Below the pieces are notes generated by a model, which worked only from the letters and a program-made list of their open reading frames with translations, was not told the origin of the DNA and did no database searches. A stretch of DNA of 64,000 nt, from the NCBI GenBank assembly GCA_043228905.1, contig JBHGNT010000022.1, positions 6,324,001-6,388,000 on the forward strand. The letters run 5' to 3'. Shown piece by piece: positions 1 to 11,034 of this stretch; the first letter of the stretch is position 1; every line of letters starts with the position of its first letter. Both the position numbers and the translations under genes were made by a program. Origin of the DNA: Azolla caroliniana (lineage: Eukaryota > Plantae > Polypodiophyta).

Positions 1-3000
1 ACACACTTCGCCGGATTCAGGCTTAGCCGGTAAGCCCTACACTTTTCTAGACACAGGCGGAGGTGTTGAAGGTGGTCTCCTTCCCGGCTGTAAACAGCGA
101 CGTTGTCGAGGAACACCTGCATGAACGCCGGTATGAATTCTCCGAATATTTCCATGATGATCCTCTGGAACGTTGTCGGCGCCGTTTTTAGTCCAAACAT
201 CATCACTACGGCAACAAACACTCCCCATTCAGTGACGAAAGCCGTTTTCTCCTGGTCCTCGGGGTGCATCCGGATCTGGTTGTATTTGCTGAATCCGTCT
301 AAAAAACTATATACTTCATGGCCGGCGACTGCGTCCAAAACTCCATCCGTAAATGGAAGTGGAAATGCATCAGTTATCGTCGCCGTATTAAGCTTCCTGT
401 AGTCGACGCATACTCTGATTTTGCCATTTTTCTTTGGTACGACTACTATCGGGCTCAACCATGTTGATTTCTTTACGGGATGGATAAAGCCAACCCTCAG
501 CAACTTGTCGATTTCCTCCTTGACTTTGGCGGCATAGTTTGGATTCATCCGGTATCATCGTTGTGCTACCGGTTTGGCATCTTTGCTCAAATGTATCTGA
601 TGCTGATATAGCTGAGGATCGAGCCCTCTCATATCCTTGTAGGACCAGGCAAACACGTCCCGAAACTCTTTGAGAAGTGTAATCATCGCCGTTCTGTTCT
701 CCATAGTCATTTCCTTGGCTATCTGCACCGGTCTCACTTCTTCCGTAGTTCCTAGATTTACCTCTAGTTGGGATGCTTTAACCCATTGTGATATGGCCAT
801 TTCTCTTTCCAACGCTTCTTGTGCTTGCCGTAGCTCCCGGATCGCTTCTTTATTTGGTTCTTCGTCCGCTCCGTCCGGTGGCAGTATGTATGGTGATACG
901 GCTTCAGCTACGTCAATTTCGAACAGGGGTACTATCTTCGGATTATCTGGCAAGTATTCATCCACCTCTTCATCTGCTAATCCGTCCAGCATATTGACAC
1001 ATTTGGCATATAGGGGTGTTAATTCCTTCCCGGTACCCGTCCGTGGTTATGTCGGTACCCGTACTTTTGCTTTTCCCCATCGGAAGGTGATTATATTCTT
1101 TCTCCAGTTTTGTTTAATGTGCATCGTTTTTAGCCATGGCCGCCCCAACAATAGCGGGTAAGCTCCTTGTGCCTATAATTGTAGCACTACTGCCGAGATG
1201 CGAAATGTGTGGCCGCCGATTGTTACTTCCAAATCTCGTATCAAGCCGGTCGGTCGTACTGAGCTTGTATCCGCCATCCGTAGCCAGAACGGGCATGGTT
1301 CCCACTCTTGGATTCCCAAGGTGGTGCATGTTCGGAGGCTAATCACATTGACGACGGATCCTCCATCTATTACTGTTCCGGGTAACTCCTTTCCCTTCAT
1401 GATGGCTGTGATCGCCGGACTGTTTGTGTCTACCACCGCCGGTCCCTCCTCCGGATTTGAGAAGAATGTTGGTGCCGGTGGTGTTTCTCCTGTCGTCGTG
1501 CCTGTCTTGAGTCCTTCTGTGAATTTGGGCACTAGTTGCAAGAGCCGTCCTAATGGCAGCGTGATTTGGCACTCCTGCAATGCCTACCATGTCGCATTTT
1601 CGGTCTGACTGCCACCGGCGAGCTCTTCGGTGTTCTCCTTTTGCTACGCAAGTTCTGCTACGTTTTGCTCATTTGCCTTTTTCACCCATTCCGTTGCTTG
1701 CTTCTGGATGGCCTCTTGTGTCTCTCATTCCGTCGTCTTGCCCTTCGATCTTGTGGTAACCTGCTGCAGGTCTGCGACTTCGGCGACTACCATGTTTACT
1801 GTCAGTCGCTTGTCATAGCTCTTTGCCGGACATTGATTACTATAATGTCCTTCTTGCCAGCAATAATAGCAATATGCTTTCCGGGTATTGTTGGATTCGG
1901 CATTGTTTCCTGTACCCGGTGGAGGACCTGTGGTAACCGCGGGGCTTTGGTCCGGTTGGCTACTTGAGGCACATTTTTCCGGTTCACGTGGGTGGCTCCC
2001 TTTTTTGAATTGCCGTTTTTTATTAAAGTTCTTTTTGTTGCGGTACCCTTGACGGGGTTGGTCGTCATATCTCCCGTAATCTTCCCGTCGTTGGTGATAC
2101 CCAGGGGAGTGATCCTGGTTGTGATGCTCATACCATCCATTGTAATCTCGGTACCTGTCATATATCTTGTACCGGTCATAGTTGTCTCGCCGATCGTCGT
2201 ACCGGACATCCTGTGTCGGTCGATATCGCTTCTCTAGCCGCCAATGTTCATCTTCTTCGTCTCGGCTGCTACGTGGCTCGATTTGCCGAACTGGTGGTGC
2301 TTGCCGATTCAATAAGTTATATTCGCACCAGTCCATCGTGTGGCTCGTAGATTGGCAGAGTAAGCAGTGCGTCCGCATGGTGCACTCCAGTGATGAGTGT
2401 CTGGAATTCAAGCAGGTTGTGCATTGGATTGCTTGCCGGAACCGGAGATCCTCATCGGTTGGTAACGCTCGTTGGAGGGCTCCCATTGTTAGCCAAGAGC
2501 TCGTTTTCTCCATTTCTCTAACCCGGTCGATGACCTGGTCGACGGTGCTTGTGCAAAAGTCGATGACCGTGCATACCGTTCGTAGAGGTTCGCGGAGCGC
2601 GGCTAAGAATATAGCCCGTGTTTCTTCCTCCGGAGGTGCGCGGGTAAGCTGACTGTGCATCCGTTGAAACCAGATGACAAACTACGGAATGCTCTCCCCG
2701 GGGTTCTGCCGGATGGTATAAAATAGGCCCACCATTTCTCTCTGGTCCACCTCCTTCTGAAAGAAGTGCAAGAATTTACCTTTCAGGTCCACAAAGGTGG
2801 TGATGGTACTGGGGTCCTGCGTCCGGTGCCATCTAGCGGCCGGTCCTTCCAATGTCACGCCGAATTCGGCTATCTTAGATCATTCCACTTCGGCCGTTGT
2901 TAACCGTTGTGACACATGGTTCGGCTCCCATGTTTGTTGAAATGCATGAACATGAGCCTCCGCGTCCGGGTCATCCCTATACTTGGAGTACTGGAATGGC

Positions 3001-3624
3001 ATGTTGTCGTCCGGTGTCAATACGCGGGCTGGCGGTGTCGGTGGTCTTTCCTATTGTTCCGTCAGTGTCGGAGGTCTTTGTCGGTCTTCCTTTGGTGTTG
3101 CCGGCTCGACTTCCGGTGTCGGAGGTCTTTGTTTGTCTTCTTCCATCTCGAGAGGTTGCTCCACGTCTAGTGTCGGGGGTTCCCGGTCTGACAACTCTGG
3201 TTCCGGTGTCAGTAATGTATCCGACTCCTCGTCCTCCGGTCCTCCTGGGGTGTCGTTACTGCTGCGATAGTTCGTGTGCGCGTTGTAACCCCCTTCCGAA
3301 TCCGATTCCAGCGCTGAAAATGCTTCGGATTCTCCGTCTCTTCCGACCAAGGCCTAGAGAAGGGAAGGGATTCCGCTTCCCGGAGGCTGCTTAAGCTGCT
3401 TCCTTCGTTCAGGTAGGCGTTTTGTTCCAGACGGAGCGACTCCTCTGCCACTTTCCGGATCACATTGGAAAATGATCGATCCAATCGGATTTCTTCCCCT
3501 GCTTGCTAGAAAGCCTCCCGCCGCCTTCGTCGTTCAGCAAGTCTTCGTGCTCTCTCCGTAACCGGGTCGTCTGTTGGCCTAGTCATCCATTCCCGCCACT
3601 GTTCACTGCGATTGTGCAGGAATC

Positions 3625-3634
3625 GTGGTCGCCA
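3625..3634 (-). promoter_or_regulatory. Primer-binding site TGGCGACCAC (probably tRNA-Arg)
   Basis: TGG-initiated motif a few nt inside the LTR; matches my recollection of the plant tRNA-Arg(UCG) 3' end. Confidence 0.55.
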
Positions 3635-3641
3635 AAAACTG

Positions 3642-4078
3642 TGTTAATCCTAGGGCCGGACAACAGCCTAACACAGGGTGTCCACTTAAGACATTTCACC
3701 AAAGGGTGTTACGGCAAGATGACTTACGACACAACACTTAATTAGACCTTAATTGGTTACTTAGCAACACATTATTAATACCCGTAGGATATAACAATGA
3801 GTACAGAACGGTAATCAATACGGAAAGATTAAGGCAATAAGTTCTATTAATTATCCGTTATCAATTACATTGTAACCGGGCCTTTATATAGGTCTCCGGT
3901 GCGAAGTACAAAACGATGCCAACCGGCACCTATTCGGAATCGGTCCGGATCCGGATCGGCATACTGATTCCGGTCCGTCCGTGCATATTAATAAAATAAT
4001 TACAACAGTTCCCGAATAAACTATTCATTTCACACTATGGTCTGGACATCCTTAAGCCTTCTTGCCGGCCGGGTAACA
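3642..4078 (-). repeat. 5' LTR of the Gypsy element
   Basis: TGTTACCCGG...GGATTAACA termini; collinear with the solo LTR at 45572-46021; TATA-like CCTATATAAAGG near 3885. Confidence 0.85.
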
Positions 4079-6931
4079 TTTCAACTTGTATACCCACTTA
4101 TTTTGGAGTGCCCTTTTCCCTTTCAGCAACTCGATCAATTAGTACGTGTGGTTCTCATGCAAGGAATCCATCTCCTCTTGCATGGCACTTAACCACTTTC
4201 GGTTGTGAGTATCATTCTTAGCTTCTTCAAAGATTTTAGGCCTCCCTTCATCGGTTAGCAACACATATTCGCTATCCGGGATTCTTCGGGGGGCCTTCTC
4301 TCTCTAAGGGGATAGATATCATTGGCCTCCATTCGGCACAGTCGGTTCTTCTTCGACTTCTTCGGTTGAGTCAAATTCGGTTCCTTGCTCAGCCAGTTCC
4401 CCTTGTTCTTCAGTCAGTTCTCAATTTTGCCGAATATTAAATTGGCCGATTGGCTCGGATTCGATTTCAATCAAATCGACTTCTACTCGATTTGGCCAAG
4501 CATCGACTCAGCTCGATTCAGTAGTTGGAGATTTATTCTCAATCTCCTAATCGACAATTATCTTCTCTTCCATGAAGACAATGTCTCGGCTCCTAATCAC
4601 TTTCTTCTCGGATAAGTCCCATGGTTGATAGCTGAATTCGTCGTCGCCGTAGCCGAGAAATATACATGGCCAAGATTTCGGGTTCAGCTTCCCCCTATGG
4701 TCCTTTACAACATGCACATAGGCAAGACAGTCGAACACGCTTAGATGTCTGTATGAGACGTCTTTGCCGGTCCACACCCTTTGTGGATTATCACCGTCCA
4801 AGGGTACTAAGGGTGATCGGTTTATCACATACGTTGTTTTCGTCAGCGTCTCAGCCTAAAACGTCTTCGGTAACTTTGCATGTGGAAGCATACTTCAAAC
4901 CCTCTCCATTACGGTATGGTCCATCCTCTCAGCCAGCCCGTTAAGCTTTCGTGTCTTCGGCATAGTATACTCGAACCAGATTCCCTATATTCGTCAGTAT
5001 TCCTCAAACTTCCCTCGGTATTCACCGTCGTTGCTGGCTCTAACAACTTTCAGCTTTCGGTCGGTTTCTCTTTTGGCCCTAGCATGGAACTCTTTGAAGA
5101 CAAATAGCACCTGATCGTTCGTCTTCAGCACGGAAGCCCACAACTTCAAGCTACGGCCATCTATGAAGGTCATGAAATACTGTGAACCACCATGTGACTT
5201 TGTATCCACGTACTATACGTGCGTATGCACGAGTTCCAACGGCATTTTGTTCCTCATCAAGGGCCTCAATCGGAAGGAGGTTTTGTTTTGCTTGTCGGTC
5301 AAGCAATCAATGCACTTCTCAAGTAGCACATTTTTCACCTCTGGAATGACATTATCATTGGCAAGTCTTCGCATCCCCTTCTCGCTCATATGGCACAACC
5401 TCCTATGCCACAGTTCTCCGACAATGTCGGCTGCCACATTTGCTTCCCCTCGGTATATTCGAGCATGCAACAAGTATAGTGTGTTTGTCTTTCCGGCTCG
5501 AGCCACAATCAGGCTCCCCTTGTAGAACTTCATGATGTCGTTCCGGATGCTACCCCTGTAGCTGTCATCATCCAACCGATCGGCTGATATCAGATTCAAT
5601 CTAACTTACGAAATGTGTCGTACATCTTTTAGCACTAGTCGACACCCGATCGATGTCATCAGACACACATCTCCTACACTGACGATTACGCATGCTCCTT
5701 CATTTCCCATTTTTACAAGACTATGGTCTCCAGCCTTATATGATGAGAAGCATTTTTGGTCAAGGGTTAGGTGAAACGATGCACTCAAATCAACCACCCA
5801 TGTCGATTCTTCACCGGTGAGATTGACCTCATTTTGTTCACTAATGAGCAACAACTCCTCTTCACTCGCGTCGATTGCTCGGGATTTTCTTCGACTCTAC
5901 ACCATCAGCTCCCCCTTTGTCCTTTCGAAAGTGTCGGTAAAGTGCCTTGACTTCCCACAATAGAAACATGTGTGCCTTCCCCTCGACTTCGACCTTGTCC
6001 CCGACTTATCTCGATTCTGGAGACTTCGATTTTGGCCTCTTACTCAATTCATGTCACTTTCAATGACTAAGGCCTTCGGGTCAGTAATTGACTCTCGGTC
6101 CTTCCGGCGAGCTTCCTCATTTAGTAAGCTCAAGTTCACCTGCTTTAAGGATAGATGCTTCTCTTCCGGTCCCGTGTTGCCCAATGTGACAACGCGTGTT
6201 TCCCAGCTGTCCGCAAGGGACCCCAACAACAAGAGTGTTAATACCTCATTGGCAAGAGGTACTACAAGAGAGGTGGTTTGATTCATCAGTCCTTGGAAGG
6301 CATTTATATGCTTCGCCATGCTGGTACCGTCTTGATACCAGAGTCTCACAATTTTTCTGAAAACTGAGACTTTGTTTACGGCGTTCTTGTTCTCGAACAT
6401 TACGCCAATCTTCTTCCAAAGGATGTTGGCACTTGTCTCCTCATCAAAGTTGTTGTATAGACTCATGCCTGTAAAACACCTTATATATGCAGTCGACTTC
6501 ATATGAATTCCCAAGTTGATGCATCAATCTTGTCTGGCTTCGTCTTTTCGTACTGCACCAACCACAGGTCTTTGCACACGAGCATGTCCCGCATCTTCGA
6601 CTTCAACATTGAATAGTTGGAGCCGGTTAACTTGAACATTCCACTGGAATGTCCGTCCATCGCTCTGATACCAGTTTGTTAGGATCCGAACCGGCCACAA
6701 CCAGTTACTCGTACATATGCTCGAGTGGAAAAACGAAAACGACAATGCACACACAACAGGAAACAGAAAATACAAACACCAGATGTTTTACGTGGAAAAC
6801 CCAAAAGGGAAAAACCATGGGGGTCCACACCCCAAGAAAACCAAATCATTATGTGTATGGAGAGGAGTACAGGGAGACTCAGAGGCAAAAACCTCGAGCT
6901 CTTCTTCGTCTAACAGAAGGAGGTAGAGTTA

Positions 6932-6993
<62 letters not shown>

Positions 6994-7249
6994 ACAGAGG
7001 CAACTACTCATTGTAACTTGTTCAGCTATAATGATTATCACACTTTTCTAACTACTTGCCCTAAGTGTGTATATACTCATATACATAGCAAACTATTTAC
7101 AAATATAGTGGCACATCTAGACTATTTACAAATATAGTCTCCCCAATCGGTTATACAATCAATTCTCGGCCTGGGCCAAATTACCCATTGGTTCCATCCG
7201 ATTCGGCTCGTACTCTTCTTCCCATCCAGAGGGACCTGTTTTCCCAACA
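4079..7249 (-). mobile_element. Ty1/Copia (Tnt1/Tork-like), 5' LTR to start of RT; decayed; interrupted by the Gypsy
   Basis: LTR 6677-7249 (TGTTGGGA...CTAACA); PBS TGGTATCAGAGC 6662-6673; gag 6044-6514; protease WVVD; GAG-pre-integrase LWHRRLCHMSEKG; integrase VWTGKDVSYRHL; RT start WLSAMQEEMDSL...KWVYK up to 4079. Confidence 0.9.
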
Positions 7250-8025
7250 CCTACTGCAATGTGACAATCAGAATGTCATCCACCTTGCTAAGAATGCCTC
7301 CTACCACTCTAGAACTAAGCATATCAAGTGGAGATTGCATTGGCTTAGAGAGAGGATAGATGAAAGGGACTTCACCTTGGTAAAGATTAACACAGATGAC
7401 AATGGATCAAACATTTGACCAAGGTGTTTCCCATGGACAAGCTAAATACTTGTTGTCTGAGGGTAGGTTTGTTGAATTACCCCATCCAAGAGTGAAGGGG
7501 GAGTTTTTTGGGATAGTTGGTCCCTCCGGATGGGATGTGCAAGAAGGTTGAATCCAAACAAGGAGCCGGATCGACCGGAAGGCATCCGGAGGCCGGATTT
7601 GGACAAGTAGTTGGTTGGCCGGCAGAGAGCCGAATCGTATGAAGGCCGGTTGAGAGTCCGATGTCGGTTAGGTCGTAGCTGATTAATGGCTACATTTGTA
7701 AATAGCACATATTTGTGTATAAGTATAAATACACCTAGGGCAAACATTTGTGATGTCTGAGTTGTAATCACTCTGTGCTAAGATAGTGTGTGTATCCGTT
7801 TGTAAGAGGAAGACGAGCTCAAGGTCATTGCCTCTTTGAGTCTCTTGTATACTCATCTACATAGTGATTTTGTTTGGAGTTTGTGGGCTCTCGTGGTTTT
7901 TCCCATGCAGGCTTTCCACATTAAAATCTCATGTCTCGGAGTCTGTATCCTTCTGTTTTCGATTTCGTTTGTTGTCTTTCTCATTTCATTTGCTGACCAT
8001 TGTGGCCAATTCCATATTCATGACA
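7250..8025 (+). mobile_element. Tork-like Copia 3' end: RNase H, PPT, 3' LTR (about 7506-8025)
   Basis: CDNQNVIHLAKNASYHSRTKHI; PPT AGTGAAGGGGGAG 7491-7503; LTR carries family motifs GTCCCTCCGGATGGGA and GGTTTTTCCC...TTTCCAC. Confidence 0.8.
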
Positions 8026-8819
8026 AGCTCCCATGTCATACTGCATGCCAAATTGCTCGATTCAGTCTTATTCCACTCCTTAATATGCCCTACCATTTTA
8101 CGTCTAACCAATTGCCCTTTGTATTTCTTAATCTACCCTATTATTATTAACCTCTCATGCTTTTATACAACTATCAATTGGGGTAGTGTGAGATGTCATG
8201 GCTTTGGTGTGAGAGGGAAGGCTAGCTTGAATCATTAAACAAGCTTCAACAAATTAATGATCAAAACAACTAAACAAAGGTAAATTTCTCCAATATCATT
8301 CATCCAAACAATTTCTTTCCACATATTTGAGTTACATTACTTTTGTTAGATTTGTTTTTATTACATGCCAATGTCAATGGAGGTTGGGTGCATCTTGTCT
8401 TGAAGGTGAGCTAAGATATCAAGCCAAGATGAATAAGGAAGAGTACAATTGTGGTGGCATGCAACACATGTGGATGTAGGGAAGGACACTCAAATTGGTT
8501 GTCTGAAAAAACATTGGAGAAGCTTTAAAATGATCATGCTTGCTCACCAAAGGAGCTCATTGGTGATGTGCTAAATTTGGCATCTCTATCTCTTATGGGG
8601 TAGGTAGCTTGGAAATCAAAAGAAAGTTTAAGATATTACTAATGCCATAGTTTTATGACAAATTGGTTAATGGAGAAACTTCTACTACATTGCTTGGGTA
8701 GATGGCACATAATTCATTGATTGGATATGCGACGTAATCCATTAGAGAACCTTGTGAGCTTGGAAGACAATACCAAATTTTGGCATCTATTAACATTGTC
8801 TACCAATATCCATACTTCA

Positions 8820-9040
8820 ACATGCATTAGGATTGTTTATGTAGCAAAGGTGACAAGATTTGAGCTTAGCTTTTGCACAAGCAATAATGGCTATTTTGTT
8901 TAGAAAATAACATGTGCCTTCTAATGCACTAGGATTGTTTATGTAGACAAAAGGACAAGTACTTGTGGAAGGTGCACGCTTTGAGCTTAGCTTATGCACA
9001 TGCAATAATAGTTATTGTGTTTAGAAAATAGCATGTGCAA
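8820..9040. repeat. Diverged local tandem duplication (about 105-125 bp units)
   Basis: TAGGATTGTTTATGTAG...TTTGAGCTTAGCTT...TTTAGAAAATA.CATGTGC occurs twice. Confidence 0.7.
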
Positions 9041-10123
9041 TCATATTTTGGCACTTACAAGGAGCCAATAGGCCCTGCCATTTGAATGCATGATAATGTT
9101 GGAGGCATAAGTTTGATTTTGTACATTAGAATATCCAGAACCCGATTAAGTCTAAACCCCATGAATCAATATGTTGCATTGTTAGATCATGAAGAAATAA
9201 GGCATTTTAATTATCTTGGCAACAACCCTGCTTGGAAAGTTGAGTTTGCCTAGTTGAGTGTCCTACACTTCTTGACTGACAATGTTGCTATATCCTCGAG
9301 TAGCATTTTACAAGAAGCCTTATCTTCAATATTTGTAATGTAATCAAATGTTCAGAGGTTTGAAGATGCTACCCAAGTGGATTCGATAAGTGATATCATG
9401 TGCTCATCGATGTATCAAACATCGATATTGGCAATACATAGATCTAGAAGAAATATCCCAATTGATTTTGTCTGATTCATTATGTGTTGCATAGTTTCCT
9501 AGCAAATCACTTTCATATAATTGAGGTAGATTACATCTCATATTGTAGATGAAAATAGCTAGAACAGATGCTACATTATTTAGGGTACAATAGCGATTAG
9601 TGTTCATTTATCACAATTTCAACTTCTAGATTAATTGCAGTAAAAACGAGTTAGGGGCATTTGTGAACTACCCTTACAACAGCACTCGGAGATTCATGAG
9701 CTATCTTTATGTTAGCATATAACATATTACCAAAAACAATTGGCAAGTCGATTTTTTTTATTTGTTCTTGTGACTCGGGATGCCATGCATTTAGCACTTC
9801 AGCACGGAATTAAAGGCTAGCCATACCTATATGTGCACCTCATGCAAATGTAACACATCAGTTTGACACACTATATGCATACCATATGTGCTATAAACCA
9901 TAGAAAATTACAAAGAAATCACAAATGTTCATGCCCTTGATTGCACGCACCCTTGATAATTAGTTGGACAAACAAAGTCTATACATGAGGAAAGCACTCA
10001 AATCATTTCGGCAATCAGACATAAAACATTACAATGCATCTATGTAGATTATAGGTAATGCCATAGTGGTAAGTGGGTTCAGCACTGAGAAGCTATTTCT
10101 AAAGGATAATTAATTCAACATGC

Positions 10124-10630
10124 ATTGGACTTGAAACATGCATGTGCAATTGAAGGATAGCATTTGTTGCAAATATGGATAAGCTCAGGGCTTCCATTGA
10201 ACAATTGTCATCTTGTCTTGAGGAACTCATGAAGGAATAATAGGTCTAAGTTACATGACAACCACCATAAAGATAATGACCATGGTTGCATGCCACATCT
10301 TGCTTGTACCATGCCAAAATATATAATTACCAAATAATATCATCTTCATCAATTACAAAGCTATATCCATATATGAATCCACCAAAAAAAGGATATTTTT
10401 TTATAACAATACTTTGGACTTTAAAATGCACATGCAATCGAAGGATAGAGCAGTGAAATTTATGTTGCAAATATGGTTAGGGTATGGGCTTCCCATTGAA
10501 CAATTGCCATCCTGTCTTAATGGACCATAGTTATACATGAAAATAACCAGTAAGATAATGACCAATGTTGCACGCCACATTTTGTATGAGGCCAAAATAT
10601 ATGATTGAGGACTATCATCTTCATCAATAC
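10124..10630. repeat. Diverged tandem duplication (about 290 bp spacing)
   Basis: TTGGACTT..GAAGGATAG..TTGCAAATATGG..CATTGAACAATTG..AAGATAATGACCA..ATCATCTTCATCAAT occurs twice. Confidence 0.7.
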
Positions 10631-11034
10631 ATTTCCAAAATATCGCTTTGATATTTCTAGCTGATACAATGTCTTATTTGTTTCAGTTGTGAGAAAATTG
10701 AGATGAAATCCTTCTCAAATAGATTTATGATTGGAAGTATCTGGAACATCCAAAATTGTATAAAACTGAGGCATAGGTTTCTAGAATTGGGCTAACCTGT
10801 AGTTCTCTGTCAAATATAGGAGTAGATCATGCCATTCTTCTTACAAACCATGAGCACCACTGCCACAATCATTTATACAGACTACCCACAAGTAGCCATT
10901 CAACCTGACAGTCAGATGGCATAAAAGAGTTCAAATCCACTCCAACAGAAGGGGTAGGCAAAGTTGAAGGAAGAGTTTGTCCTTGGACATGCATAAGGAA
11001 TTTATGTGTGAGCTTAATTATTATTCTCAGGTCT

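Larger units (their letters stand above)
1..4078 (-). mobile_element. Ty3/Gypsy LTR retrotransposon (non-chromovirus, Athila/Tat-like), 5' half: LTR, gag, protease, RT; decayed, runs off the window start
   Basis: Minus-strand RT at 1-560 (VVVPKKNGKIRVCVDYRKLN, YSFLDGFS, MMFGLKTAP; catalytic FLDD mutated to FLDN; TGA at 555). Protease VIDGGS in ORF 1173-1580. Gag with CCHC knuckles in ORF 1725-2660. LTR 3642-4078. Confidence 0.9.

Noticed and set aside
103-3394. Plus-strand ORFs over the Gypsy, and similar antisense ORFs over other pol regions
   Set aside because: Shadow ORFs of GC-rich coding sequence with no motifs.
8026-10100. Possible decayed transposase or host pseudogene
   Set aside because: No recognisable motif, terminal inverted repeat or consistent frame by eye.
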